Origin: Octopus vulgaris
Lineage: Eukaryota
Assembly (NCBI GenBank): GCA_951406725.2
Contig: OX597819.1
Coordinates: 109,616,001-109,680,000, forward strand
DNA: 64,000 bases
Reading direction: 5' to 3'
Shown here one piece after another: positions 1 to 13,399 of this stretch. Made by a program: the position numbers and the translations under genes. The notes beneath the pieces are model-generated. The model saw nothing but the letters and a program-made list of their open reading frames with translations. It was not told the origin of the DNA and searched no databases. Numbering within the stretch: position 1 is the stretch's first letter; each line of letters starts with the position of its first letter.

Positions 1-24
1 ATATTTGTTTGTCTAAGTGCATGA

Positions 25-60
<36 letters not shown>

Positions 61-64
61 TCAT

Positions 65-112
<48 letters not shown>

Positions 113-168
113 AATTATAAATTATACGCTCACTTACAAATCCATATATGTGTGTATATATGTATATA

Positions 169-507
169 GTAAAGACCCCCTTCGGTCATGAGTGACCATG
201 GGTTTGCACCTAGAGAGTTACCCTCTGAGGCACAAGTCTGGGCAAGGTTGTTTTATGGAAGACCAGTAGTCGCCCATGCATACCGGCCTCCCCTCTCCAC
301 GCCACCAGTGTTATCCAAGGGAAAGACAAAGGTCGATACAGCTTGGCACCTGTGACGTCGCAACTCATTTCTACAGCTGAGTGAACTGGAGCAACGTGAA
401 ATAAAGTGTCTTGCTCAAGAACACAACACGCAGCCCGGTCCGGGATTCGAACTCACAACCTCACGATCGTAAGCTCGACGCTCTAACCACTGAGCCATGC
501 GCCTTCA
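169..507 (-). mobile_element. tRNA-derived SINE, family A (CORE-like central domain), ~340 bp
   Basis: Minus strand begins GAAGGCGCATGGCTCAGTGGTTAGAGCG (A box) ... GAGTTCGAATCCC (B box), followed by CTTGAGCAAGACACTTTATTTCAC...CAGCTGTAGAAATGAG resembling the CORE domain. Near-identical copy at 61043-61385. Confidence 0.9.
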
Positions 508-584
508 TATATTCTTATATATATATATACATACATACACACATATACATATATATGTACATACATACATATATATATATGCAT

Positions 585-695
<111 letters not shown>

Positions 696-835
696 CATAC
701 ATATATATGAATATATAAATACATGACAAATGCATTAAATACTACAAAACTTACACGTAGGACAGACACAAGGACCCTAATCCTTCTTCGGTTATCGACC
801 TTTTATTTATGCTCTCTATCTATCTCCCTCCCCCC

Positions 836-882
<47 letters not shown>

Positions 883-1857
883 ATGTAGAATATATGGATT
901 TATATAATAGTGGTAAGAACAAAAATACACATATTCATATATATATATATATATACTGCTGTAGATGGTGAGGACGGTTACGATAATGATCATGATGAAG
1001 AGGTTTTTCGATTGATGCCGTTGGCTGTAGTAGTCGTGGTAGTAGTGCTACTATTAGTCGTAGTAATAGTAATAGTCGTCGTAGTAGTATTAGTGTTTGT
1101 TGTAGTAGTGGTAGTTGTGGAGGTGGTTGTGGTAGCTCTGCTAGTAAAAACCACGTAGTGGGTGTTGTTGTGTCGGCGGTGGTTGGAACAGGGTTAGTGA
1201 TGGTGGTTAGTGGTCGTGGTCGTAATGTCGGTGGTAGTAAGAGAAGAGTACACAACAGGATGCAATAACCGTATGAGTGTTAACAATATTCCCCTCCCTT
1301 TCCATTTTATGTCTCTCTCCCTCCCTTCCTCCCTTTTACACTCTTGTTCTTTCTTTCTCTGTTTTTTCCCCTCACCACAACTCCTTTCCATCCCTGACAC
1401 CTACACTCTTATTGACTCTTATTGACTCTTATTTTCTCAATGTCTTTCCCTCCACCCATCTAACCATTCATGCATCCGTGCTTCTCTCCATACTTTTGTT
1501 TCTCAATCACTCACCGCATTTTCGGATGCCTCCCTCTCACCGCTCCTCTTCCTTTAACCTCCTACTCCCATTCTCCTACTCAACCTTGAATCCAGCCGTC
1601 TCCTCATTTTGAAACCGTATCGAATCGCAGCCTTACGAATTATTGATTATTGATTGGCTAGAGTCAGCGTATAAAATACGAGTGAATTTATCCTTGTTTG
1701 TTTGTTTGGTTGTGTGTGTGTGTGTACGTGTGTGCATATGTGAGTGTGTGTTAGTTCGTGTGGTAATGTGTGTGTTGTGTGAATGCGCCATTAGAAGAGA
1801 AGTATACTGTATTGTATGTATGTATGTTATATATGCATATATATGTATATGTATATG

Positions 1858-1889
<32 letters not shown>

Positions 1890-2163
1890 TGTATGTATGT
1901 ATGTATGTATGTATGTATGTATATTATTTGCGTGCGTAACTACATGTGTATCAAAGTATGTGTTTGTATGTCTGTGTCTGTGTATATGTATGTGTATGTG
2001 AGTTTTCGTCGTCTGTGTGTCTGAATTGTTTATATATGTCTGAATCTGTGTGTATGTATATATTTCTGATTGACATACTGACACAATAAGAGAACGAGAG
2101 GAAATAAATTTATCCAGAAATTACGCCAGATGTCATGGAATTTAAATAAAGTATGGCGTGGCG

Positions 2164-2345
<182 letters not shown>

Positions 2346-2561
2346 ATACTAAGGCATTGAATTAGCTGAATTAGCAGGGCATCGACTTGAATAAGCTGTA
2401 GTACTCCTCCCTGATCTTTGAGTTCAATTTATACCGCTGATGCCAACTTTGTCGTTCATATTTTATCGTCTAGAAGTCAATAAGTAAAGTACCTGTTTAG
2501 TACTCGTCACTTTGTCTTTCTCACTCTCACTCTCTCTCTTCCCGTTGCTAATCTCTTTCTC

Positions 2562-2602
<41 letters not shown>

Positions 2603-2606
2603 ATAC

Positions 2607-2674
<68 letters not shown>

Positions 2675-2729
2675 ATATAAATATGTATATATGTACACAC
2701 ATACATATACACATTCATGCACATACATT

Positions 2730-2924
2730 TGTTTCAATCATTGGACTGCGGCCATACTGGGGCGCCACCTTGATTGGTGTAGTCGAACAGTACTTACTGT
2801 TTCGTCTGGTATTTATTTATTCCTTCTATAGCTTTTGCTGAATCGCTGGGTTACGAGGAGTTAAATAAACTAACGCAAGTTTTCAAATATTGTGGATAAG
2901 CAAATAAATACACACACACGCACG

Positions 2925-2981
<57 letters not shown>

Positions 2982-3080
2982 CAGACTTCCTAAGAGCTCC
3001 CGTCATCCAAACTCACCTGAAAGGCATTGGTTGATCAAGAGCTTTAGTGGAGGACACTTGTCGATGGTGCCACGCATGGT
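2730..3080 (-). mobile_element. tRNA-derived SINE, family C, diverged
   Basis: Reverse-complement similarity to 5562-5889 (GTTTCAATCATTGGACTGCGGCCATACTGG tail; GACACTTGTCGATGGTGCCACGC core), with an internal (CA)n. Confidence 0.65.
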
Positions 3081-3355
3081 ATGCTCTCATACATACACGT
3101 GCACACACACACGCGCGCGCACACACACACAACACACACATTGTTTCAACAGGACCACAAGCTTAAAGAAATGAAATAATTTTATAAAGTCCATACCTTG
3201 TTGGCAGGGTTTTACCATGGAAATGAGAAGAAAAGAAATCCACTTTGTAATGGCGACCTCGACTCTGTGTCAATCTGTCACAGCTTACGTTGTTGTCAAC
3301 GAAACTTACACAGTACACGGATTTTAAATTATCTTTTCCAATAAACATCATTTTG

Positions 3356-3392
<37 letters not shown>

Positions 3393-3564
3393 GCACACAC
3401 ACATTGTGTGTTCGATAATATATTAATATGAAAATCAGTTTCACACAAACACACACACCATCTTACCCACGTATATATATCTAAATATCTTTACATATAT
3501 CAATCAATTAAGGCATATACGTACAATGTCTTTATGCACATATCCTTTTATCTATTCAAATATG

Positions 3565-3648
<84 letters not shown>

Positions 3649-3750
3649 CATGTATAGTCACGTGTTTTATTTGTGCGCATTTCTACAAAATTTACAGATA
3701 AATGAAGAATAACTAAATACTTTTAGAGTAAAGTAAAAATATTTATTTAT

Positions 3751-4508
3751 TTATTTCCCACAGTGGGCTAAACATAGAGGGGACAAACCAAGGGATTAAG
3801 TCGATTACATCGATCCCAAAGGCAAAGTCGACTTCGGCGGATTCGAACTCAGAACGTAACGGTAGATGAATTACCGCAAAGCATTACGCCCGGCGTGCTA
3901 ACATTTCTTATTTCTGTATTGCTCACAAGGGGCTAAACATAGCGGGGACAAACAAAGACAGACAAAGGGATTAAGTCGATTAGATCGACCCCAGTGCGTA
4001 ACTAGTACTTAATTTATCGACCCCGAAATGATGAAAGGCAAAGTCGACCTCGGCGAATTTGAACTCAGAACGTAGCGACAGGCGAAATACCTATTTCTTT
4101 ACTACTCACAAGGGGCTAAACACAGAGAGGACAAACAAGGACAGACAAACAGATTAAGTCGATTATATCGACCCCAGTGCGTAACTGGTATTTATTTAAT
4201 CGACCCCGAAAGGATGAATGGCAAAGTCGCTCTCGGCGGAATTTGAACTCAGAACGTAGCGGCAGACGAAATACCTATTTCTTTACTACCCACAAGGGGC
4301 TAAACACAGAGGGGACGAACAAGGACAGACACACGGATTAAGTCGATTACATCGACCCCAGTGCGTAACTGGTACTTATTTAATCGACCCCGAAAGGATG
4401 AAAGGCAAAGTCGACCTCGGCGGAGTTTGAACTCAGAACGTAGCGGCAGACGAAATACCGCTAAGCATTTCGCCTGACGTGCTAACGATTCTGCCAGCTC
4501 GCCGCCTT
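3751..4508 (-). mobile_element. tRNA-derived SINE family B (Meta-domain-like), tandem array of 4 bodies
   Basis: Head AAGGCGGCGAGCTGGCAGAATCGTTAGCAC at 4508. Repeated GTCGACTTTGCCTTTCATCCTTTCGGGGTCGATTAAATAAGTACCAG domain; ~184-bp period (GAAATACCTATTTC at 4084 and 4268). Confidence 0.88.
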
Positions 4509-4599
4509 TTGTTCACATAATAACATCCAGAAGCATTATATTACGAAATAATTTTTGAATATATGAATGAAGAATTGTACGTAGGCAACAGTTTGCTTT

Positions 4600-4800
4600 A
4601 AAGACACCTGCAGGAACATCGCAGAGAAAAAGAAAAAAAGGAGGAAAAACAAGGAAACTACGATCGAACAGGCTTACTTTCTCATGCAATCGGTACGGTC
4701 GTGCTTGTTTTTCTCGAACTGGACTTGTCACGTATCAGCAAGCCAACGACAGACGTGAGCATTCCCCTCCGTAAATCTACGCTCTCGAGGCCAGTTCAAG
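4600..4800 (+). mobile_element. RTE-clade LINE 3' end, decayed
   Basis: Translates FSCNRYGRACFSRTGLVTYQQA, a decayed version of the RTE C-terminal C2H2 motif (FxCxxCxRxCxSRxGLxxHxR), preceded by a basic KRKKRRK stretch. Confidence 0.6.
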
Positions 4801-5014
4801 ATGTGCGTATCCTCTCGAAACTTAATGCCCTTGGTAGAAAATTTTAATTGATGATCGCTTTGAAAGCAGCTGATCTTTGCTGTTCACTGGGAAAGGAAAC
4901 CGGCAACCGAATACGTCTTCTCTGAGGAGCAGTCAACTAAGCAGAAAACAGTCCTTCAGAAGACTCCCATCCGTGTTTTCTAAAATCAGTCTGAACAACG
5001 CTGTTTTGTGCCTA

Positions 5015-5096
<82 letters not shown>

Positions 5097-5561
5097 GCAC
5101 ACATGCACACACGCGCATGTACGCATGCATACACACACATTCATATATGTATTTATTACACATGTAAGTATAAGACTAATGCAAGAGAGATTAGTTTTGA
5201 ATGAGTCAATGATGATGTCAGCAAATATTTCATCTGGGGTGACGCCTCGTCTTTGCTGAAAAATCTACAAGAAGCGTATTTATACATTAATGAAGCATAA
5301 TCAATATCATTAACGGTTATCGATTATGACCAGCAGTAACAACAACAGCAACAACTGCAACATCAGAAACAACAACAATAAGACGAGCCAACGAAAGAGC
5401 TTTTACTTGGTTTATCGAGCAGCTAGAAATAGTAGCCACATTCCTACAGTCTTAAAAATGGACACTTTGGATAATGTGGTTTCAGATACATTATCTATGA
5501 AGAGAGAGAAAAAAGAAGAAAAAGGAAAGAAGAGAACGATATGGTCAAGACTTGAATATAT

Positions 5562-5889
5562 AGGCGTAGGAATGGCTGTATGGTAAGTAGCTTGCTTACC
5601 AGCCACATGGTTCCGAGTTCAGACCCACTGCATGGCACCTTGGGCAAGCGTCTTCTACTATAGCCTTGGGCCGACCAAAGCCTTGTGAGTAAATTTGGTA
5701 GACGGAAACTGAAAGAAGCTCGTCGTATATATGTATATTTATATATGTGTGTGTGCGTATATGTTTGTGTCTGTGTTTGTACCCCCAACATCGTTTGACA
5801 AGCGATGCTGGTGTGTTTATGTCCCCGTAACTTAGCGGTTCGGCAAAAGACGACTGATAGAATGACTGAAACAAGTAAAAGAGTAAAAT
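5562..5889 (+). mobile_element. tRNA-derived SINE family C (internal TA/TG microsatellite, GAGTAAAA tail)
   Basis: GGCGTAGGAATGGCTGTATGGTAAG head, GAGTTCAGACCC B-box-like, GCACCTTGGGCAAG core. Many homologous copies in the window. Confidence 0.85.
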
Positions 5890-6146
5890 AGTATGTCTGG
5901 TCGGAGGTCTGCTGGATCGAGGCTAAATTGGGGCTAAACAACAACAAAGACAGCAACAGCAACAACAGCAACAACAACAAACAACAATGATGACGACAAC
6001 AATGACAGCAGCAACAAGAACAGCAACAATAACAAGAGGAAAGGTGACAACAACAACAAAAACAACGATGACGACGACAACAACAACAAGACCAAGACCA
6101 ACAATGACAACATCAACAACGACGACAGCAACAACAACAGCAGTTA

Positions 6147-6695
6147 AGGCGAAATGGTCCAGTGGTTAGGGCAGCGGACTAGCGGTCGGAGGGTCGCGGT
6201 TTCGATTCCCAGACCGGGCGTTGTGAGTGTTTATTGAGCGAAAACACCTAAAGCTCTACGAGACTCCGGTAGGGAGTGGGTGGCGACCCCTGTTGTACTC
6301 TTTCGCTCCAACTTTCTCTGACTCTTTCTTCCTGTTTCTTGTCCCCGACTTCCTACGCAACCGCTGAGCCTGGATGCGCATTCATCCATCTGTCGATGCT
6401 CTCGGTGTCGGGGGTTGACCTGCTTTCTCTTCTGCGGGTCTTACGAATAGCAAAGGACCAGGTTTCGGACTTCTCCCATCTTGCGTTCGCTCAACAGCAA
6501 CAGCATCCTGTTCTCCATCCCGTTCGCTCAACGGTCCAGTGGTTAGGGCAGCGGACTCGCGGTCGTAAGAATGCAGTTTCGATTCCTAGACTGGGCATTG
6601 TGAGTGTTTATTGAGCTCCTAAGCTCCACGAGGCTCCGGCGGGAGGTGTGGTGAACACCGCTGTACTCTTTCACTACAACTTTCTCTCACTCTTC
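6147..6695 (+). mobile_element. tRNA-derived SINE family D (full copy 6147-~6500 plus a second partial head 6530-6695)
   Basis: GGCGAAATGGTCCAGTGGTTAGGGCAGCGG (A box), GTTTCGATTCCC (B box). Homologous inverted copy at 8180-8540. Confidence 0.85.
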
Positions 6696-6970
6696 TGTCA
6701 CAAAGCAGATGAACTCACTATGGTGTGGTAAACTTCCAGACCCTAGTCTAGATTGCGAATCCTTTGTACCCCAGGATGGTTCAGCTCTCCACCCGTTAAA
6801 AAGCCACCGTTTACGGAATGAGGATAACAACGTAGCTTTCGTGCCCGTGCAAGCGCCAGTCTATCGCGTGTGGTGGGTGGGTCTTCAAGTTGCCGCACGC
6901 ACTCTTAGTAGCTTAGAGTAGGCTCGAATTAGAGGTTATTCTTTGTGGCTAATGGCGTGAGTCCTGATTG

Positions 6971-7003
6971 GAAGAAGAAGAAGAAGAAGAAGAAGAAGAA
7001 GAA

Positions 7004-7050
<47 letters not shown>

Positions 7051-7580
7051 AGCAACACCAAGAGCAACTACAGCAACAACGACAAAGATAACGATAGGAG
7101 CAATGATAACAGCTGTAACAATGACAACACTATAAATATTAAGAACAAAAACAACAAACCCTTCCCAACACCACAACCAACATCCCCACCACTAATAACA
7201 ATAACAAGAGAACCACCACTACCACCACCACCACCACCACCACCACCAACCACCACAACCACCACCACCACAACCACCACAACCACCACCACCACCACCA
7301 CCACCACCACCACCACCACCACCACCACCACCACCACCACCACCACCACCACCACCACCACCACCACCACCACCACCACCACCACCACCAAAACCACCAC
7401 CACCCACACAACCACCACCACCACCACCACCACCACCACCACCACCACCACCACCACCACCACCACCACCACCACCACCACCACCACCACCATCATTCTC
7501 GTCTTCACAACTTCCGCCACCACCACTACTACCACCGCTGCTGCCATAACCAACGACAACAACAACAACAACAACAACAA
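6971..7580. repeat. Compound (GAA)n / (CCA)n / (CAA)n microsatellites
   Basis: Directly visible trinucleotide arrays. Confidence 0.95.
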
Positions 7581-8179
7581 AAAAACATCTCAAGTGCAAA
7601 TGAAGCCAACATTGAATCTGACTCGAAGAATTCCAGTCTGAAAGCTAATCAGACGGAAGAAAGAAAAAAATATATAATGATAATCGATAGTGGGAATTAT
7701 TGATTTCTCATATATTGGCACAAGGCATATATTTACTGCTGTTGTTATTGCTGTTTAATCCGAGGTCGTTGCTGATTCAGTAAATCTATGATCAAAGCGT
7801 TCTGTCCATAACCATCCTGTCTGAGGATGGCTTGAGGGAGTTTATGCTGCTGTTTCTAGCAGTTCGACTGGCCACGGATAGGCTCGTGGCGTATGGTACA
7901 TTGTGATGATGGTGGTATTGGCGATTTAACTGTCCTTTTGAGATGGCTTTCATATCTTTGTTTTAGGGATGTCCGTTGCTTTTGTTGCTGTTGCATGTCG
8001 CCGTATTAGATTTTGTGGTTGTTCTTGCTACTGCTTCAGTAGTTGTTGATTTCTTTTATTTTGATGCTGTTACTGTTGTGGTTGTTTATTTAGTGTTTAT
8101 TTTGCTTCTGTTGCGGCTGCGGTAGATTTTGTAGTTGCAAACTTTATTGCAGTTGCTGATGTTTATTTGTTAGTTTGTT

Positions 8180-8540
8180 TGTTGAGCGAAGCGGTCTTCG
8201 TCCCATTGGGAGAAGTCCGAAACGTGGTCCTTTGCTATTCGAAAGACACTCAGAAGAGAAAGCAGGTCAACCCCCGACACCGAGAGCATCGACGGATGGA
8301 TGAATGCGCATCCAGGCTCAGCGGTTACATAGCAAGTCGGGGACAAGAAACAGGAAGATAGAGTGAGAGAAAGTTGGAGCGAAAGAGTACAACAGGGGTC
8401 GCCACCATCCCCTGCCGGAGCCTCGTGGAGTTTTAGCTGTTTTCGCTCAATAAACACACACAACGCCCGGTCTGGGAATCGAAACCGCGATCCTCCGACC
8501 GCTAGTCCACTGCCCTAACCATTGGGCCATTGCGCCTCCA
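8180..8540 (-). mobile_element. tRNA-derived SINE family D
   Basis: Reverse complement of 6147-6500 (shared GCTGAGCCTGGATGCGCATTCATCCATC...GTCGGGGTTGACCTGCTTTCTC). Confidence 0.85.
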
Positions 8541-8699
8541 CTTGCAGTTGCTGCTGTTGTTTTAGATGAGGTGTTGGCATGAAAGCACGCCTTTCCCCAC
8601 CTCCACTTCGCATCTATGGCCCGGAGAACTTCATCTGGTTAGCAGTAGCGCATATGTAATATCTCAGTCATCTTTCTTCCACTGTAATATTCAGTTTTT

Positions 8700-9290
8700 A
8701 TCAAGTTGGAAGCTTAACATATTCCAGAATTTTGTCTTCACAGTATTGTTGTAGCCTACGTAAAATATAGCTTTGTGTGACAGAGAAACTATACGATTTA
8801 AACGCATTACATTGCGAAGCGCTATTGAAATCTTTCTCCCCATCTCTCTCATTGTTATAATATCTCTCTGTTATTATTATTTTTGACTTATTTGAATCCA
8901 TCTTGAAAATTGAAACGAAGATACCTGGAGTATATGCAGATATTATTAATTGTTGATAATTCTTTTCTGGAAAATTGTTGGAAGAAATGCCGATATCTTT
9001 TTGTTGCTGACAAAAAACTGCGCTTGCGCGGTGGATTTGAAAAATTATAATGTATAACCAAGAGGCACATGCTGGATTTGTCTCGAACTTATATGTTTAA
9101 TCTAGGCGTACCTCTTGATGAAGAGTTCGCCTTGCAAATTATTTTATTTGCTAAAACAAAAGTCTGAAACAATGGTCCAGGAGATAGATGGAAAATGTTT
9201 TTATTTATCATTTCCTTCGAGTTTTTATCCCCAATAGCGTGAAAGGAATCCTATGACGGATACCTCTTATGTGCTTAAATGTACACTGTA
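8700..9290 (+). mobile_element. Very decayed PLE-like 3' end with degenerate hammerhead
   Basis: LCVTEKLY at 8771-8794 resembles the CxLCxxEKxxI C-terminus of some PLE endonucleases. TTGATGA-AGA...TCT-GAAAC-AATG-GTC at 9115-9177. Ends at (TATC)n. Confidence 0.35.
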
Positions 9291-9314
9291 TTTATATATC
9301 TATATTTATATACC

Positions 9315-9415
<101 letters not shown>

Positions 9416-9565
9416 ATAAACTCAAACAAAAACAAATTCCCATTCAGGGAAAAACAGTCAATTCCCTTAGATAATTCCTCGAAGGCTAGGCTGAAATTAA
9501 ACAGGTCTTGCCAGAATGCCGGCGATAACGATAACAGCACCACCACTACCACCACCACCACCACC

Positions 9566-9614
<49 letters not shown>

Positions 9615-9689
9615 GCAACAACAACATCAGCAGCAGTAGCAGCAGCAGCAACAACAGCAGCAGCAACAACAACAACAATAATAATATCA

Positions 9690-10920
9690 GTGAAACAAAC
9701 CAGCTAATCATAGCATTTGCCAATGTAGCAAAATAGTAGGCTACATGCGAAAAACTGAAGATATAAAAGCAAATGAAAAGAAAGAACCAAACTTGGGGAA
9801 GAGAATACGAATGAAGCTGGAAAAGACCTGGAAAGAACTGGGGCAATTGAATAGGATAATGAGAGGAGAGCTCAAGATTAAGGTAGTAATAAGAAAATTC
9901 AATGGACAGCACAAGTTAGAAGAAAGGGGAAAACAAACAGTACATGAAGAATTGACACAAAAGGTGGCAGCATTAAAGGCCAAATAGCAAGACACGATAC
10001 TAGATGCAAAGGTTTCGAACAGAATAGACTGTTCCAATCAAATAGAAGGTGTCTATTTGAGGAAATAGGGGGAGGCCAACACCAAAAGCTGATTCCAGAT
10101 GCGGAAGGAAGTAAAGAATTTTGGGAAAGGCCATGGAACAGACCGGCGAGACATAAAGAAAGCGCAGAGTGGCTAACAGAGGTGGAAAGACAACTTGAAA
10201 CTGTACCCAGACAAAAATTTAAAGAAATATAACAAATTGGAATGGATCAGGCCCAAATAGAGTAATAGGCTATTGGCTTAAGAACTTTACAGAGTTACAT
10301 GAAAGGACTGCTGCGCAACTGGATACTGCTTGCAGCAAGGTCACGTCCCTGCCTGTATGGCAAGTGGACGAACGCTGCTATGCCTCAAAGATCCCTTGAA
10401 AGGGAACTTGACATCAAAGTTTCGACCTATAACCTGCTTACCACTAATGTGGTAAGAAAATTATTGCAGTCAAATCTGAATTCCAAAGATCTTATTGAAG
10501 CAATCAATTCAAGAACTGTATCTTTAATCAGATATGGAGTTGGAATTATAGACTGGACCAAAAACGAAATAAAGAAACTTGACAGAAAAAACTAGGATGT
10601 TGTTGACAATGTATGTTGACGAAATTTGAAATAGGAAGGATTTGAAACACGTGAACAGTAAAGGTCGTGTCTATAATAATTGGTGCATTGGGAACAGTAA
10701 GCAAAGAGATTGAAATAAAATGCCCGGTAGAGCGCCTACAGAAAGTTTGTCTCTTAGGGACAGCAAGGATTATCAGGAGGGCTCTAGGCACTTGAAAGAC
10801 TATTGAAAACTCCTGAATACCTAGGTTACAGGTAGTAACCCGCTACCCATATAAATCCTAACAGGATTAAGACCAAACTGAGCCAAACCAAAACAACAAC
10901 AACAACAACAATAATAATAA
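9690..10920 (+). mobile_element. R4/Dong-clade (RLE) non-LTR retrotransposon, internally deleted pseudocopy
   Basis: Broken frames give N-terminal EELTQKVAALKAK, GYWLKNF, FRPITCLPLMW, then AINSRTVSLIRYGVGIIDW..LDRK, then C-terminal IIIGALG..LQKVCLLGTARIIRRAL. Flanked by (AAC)n/(AAT)n. Confidence 0.75.
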
Positions 10921-10924
10921 TAAT

Positions 10925-12175
10925 CCTTAACTGAACACTAAATGAACTAAGCAAAATAGAAGGAAAACAAGAAAAATAATGACAGGATTTAGGATGCACC
11001 ACCCAAAATCTGACATAGAAATGTTATATACACAACGTATAGAAGGTGGTTGAGGCTTTATACAGCTAGAAAACTATTACAAAATAACCATCATAGGACT
11101 GCAAAAAATACCTACTTCAGAAGCAAGGAAAACTAATAAAAATAGCCACAAAACACGAAAAAAGAAATTAAAAACAAAGAGCTGTTTTCAGTCTTTAAGG
11201 AAGCTGACAAATACAAACGAGAGTCATACTGCCTAGCAACTATGAAGAAAAAGAAGAAATAACAAAAGCTGTAAAGCATGAAATTCAAAGTAAAACTTGA
11301 ACAGCAACGGATCATGATAAAACGATGGCAAGAAAAGTCACTTCCTGGCAAATACTGGGCTAAAACTAAACGCAAAAGAAATAGACAAAGAAAAATCCCA
11401 GCAACGGCTGAGAAGCTCAGGACTCAAAGAAGAGACTGAAGGATTTTTAATTGCTACACAAGACCAAAGCCTGCCCACCAGAAATTACCAAAAACATATA
11501 AGGAAAAGAAACATAACAAGTAACTGCAGAATATATGGAGATGGACAAGAAACAATAAATCATATTATCTCTGGCTGCCCAGTCCTGGCTAAGAAGGAAT
11601 ATATTCACAGACACAACAGAGTTGAGACCTACATACACTGGAAGCTATGGCAACACTATGGAATAACAACAGAAAAAAGATGGTATAGGTACACACCAGA
11701 AAAGGTAACAGAAAACGAGAAAGCAACCATACTATGGGATATGCCAATACACACAGATAGAGAAATTAAGGCCAACAGACCAGATATAGTTGTCAAAGAT
11801 CATGAAGAAAGAAACCGCTTTCTAATCGATGTATCAATACCAACAGATGACAATGTTTCTCTAAAGGAAATGGAGAAACTTTCAAAATATAAAGACATGG
11901 AAATAGAGGTAACTCGAATGTGGAGTCTAAAAGCAGAAACAATTCCTATCATAGTGGGTGCATTAGGTATGATGAAAAAATATTTAGACAAATACATAAT
12001 AAAACACCAGGACTAACAAATATATATAACATACAGAAAATAGCACTACTAGGCACTGCGCACATCTTACATAAAACACTTTCAATACAGTAAACATAAG
12101 AGTATCACAGCAACCCACAGCACATACCCAAGGTACACAGAGCTGCGCTCGGTAGTGCAGTGAAAGCACGTTTAT
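10925..12175 (+). mobile_element. R4/Dong-clade LINE, 5'-truncated, with CCHC finger and PD-(D/E)xK restriction-like endonuclease; frameshifted
   Basis: MHHPKSDIE..EGG.G; ETEGFLIATQDQSL; CRIYGDGQETINHIISGCPVLAKKEYIHRHN; LWDMPIHTDREIKANRPDIVVKD..LIDVSIP..EKLSKYKD (ORF 11741-12016). Short 3' UTR follows; starts in (AAT)n. Confidence 0.88.
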
Positions 12176-12184
12176 ACATACACA

Positions 12185-12239
<55 letters not shown>

Positions 12240-12659
12240 CAACACACTTATACATACAGACACACACTCACACACACAATTTCAAACTTTAAATGGAACA
12301 CAAAGGAACAAATGGAAAATACACAAAACAGGACGTTGCTAATTCCTCGTCAATTATTGCCCAAAATATCCTTACAATTTCACGCCCTTACACACACACA
12401 CATACACACATTTAGCAACGGAAGCAGTACTAATACCAAAAGATAATCGTTATATCCAGTTTAGCATGAATGCATTGTTAGAACGACGAATATTACGTTA
12501 TTAGCCCTGAGAGAACCTCTCATTTAGGCTCTTGGTACATAAAAGCATGTGTGTGCGTGTGTGTGTTTGTGTGTGTGTATACACATTTATATATAATTAT
12601 ATTTGTTAATTATTACATTATTTTAGGTAACTAACATTTTGGGAGTATAGAAATTTCTT

Positions 12660-13370
12660 GTTGCCAAACGTGTATATTTGCGCAGACTTGAGTACAGCTA
12701 AGTAGGAACGGAACAATCAACCAATTTTTGTGTGCAGACGACCTAAAGTTGTACGCTGAAGTGATAAACTGCTAGTAAGAATACTGCAGACTTTAAAGAG
12801 ATTTACTAGACATCACTCGGATTTGCTACAGATATTATATGGAATTACGTTACACGAATTGAAATGAGATTCGGATTAGAAGAATGTGCCAAAGCAGCAT
12901 TGAAAAAAAAACTTAATTATGAATGCTAATATCGTGTTTGATGAAGAAACGGAGATAAGAGAATTTAGACCAAACACAGACTTACAAATACTTGGGAATC
13001 ATTCAACTAGACAGTGTACAACACACATATAAAGGAAAGAACTTAGGAAAGAATATTACTGATGCATTAGATTAATTCTTAAAATACAATTAATTGCAAA
13101 AACAAAAAAAAAAAAACGTAATAACTATGGCTTATATCGCAGTAATAAATTATAGTGGTCACTAAATAAAGTTAGCCAAACCAGACAGAAAGCAATGATG
13201 CGTTAAGAATACGTACATTATCCAAAATCTGTAATAAAAAGACTATATTTCCTGCTAATACAGCGAGGTCGAGGGTTTCTGCGTTATAATAGAACACTAT
13301 TATAAAATACCCACTGTAGGACTACTAAGATATTTGACAAAAGACAGTGGAAAACTAATGCAAAAAAGCT
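12660..13370 (+). pseudogene. Highly decayed R4/Dong-type RT fragment
   Basis: TINQF..ADDLKLYA, MRFGLEECAK, YKYLGI, KEYY..I.LIL and HYPKS..KRLY motifs across stops and frameshifts. Confidence 0.65.
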
Positions 13371-13399
13371 ATATGTGTCGTTATGAAGCTCGTTTTGCA

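Noticed and set aside
3960-4440. Ribozyme inside SINE family B tandem units (retrozyme hypothesis)
   Set aside because: No CUGANGA..GAAA core on either strand, and no HDV or twister fold identifiable by eye.
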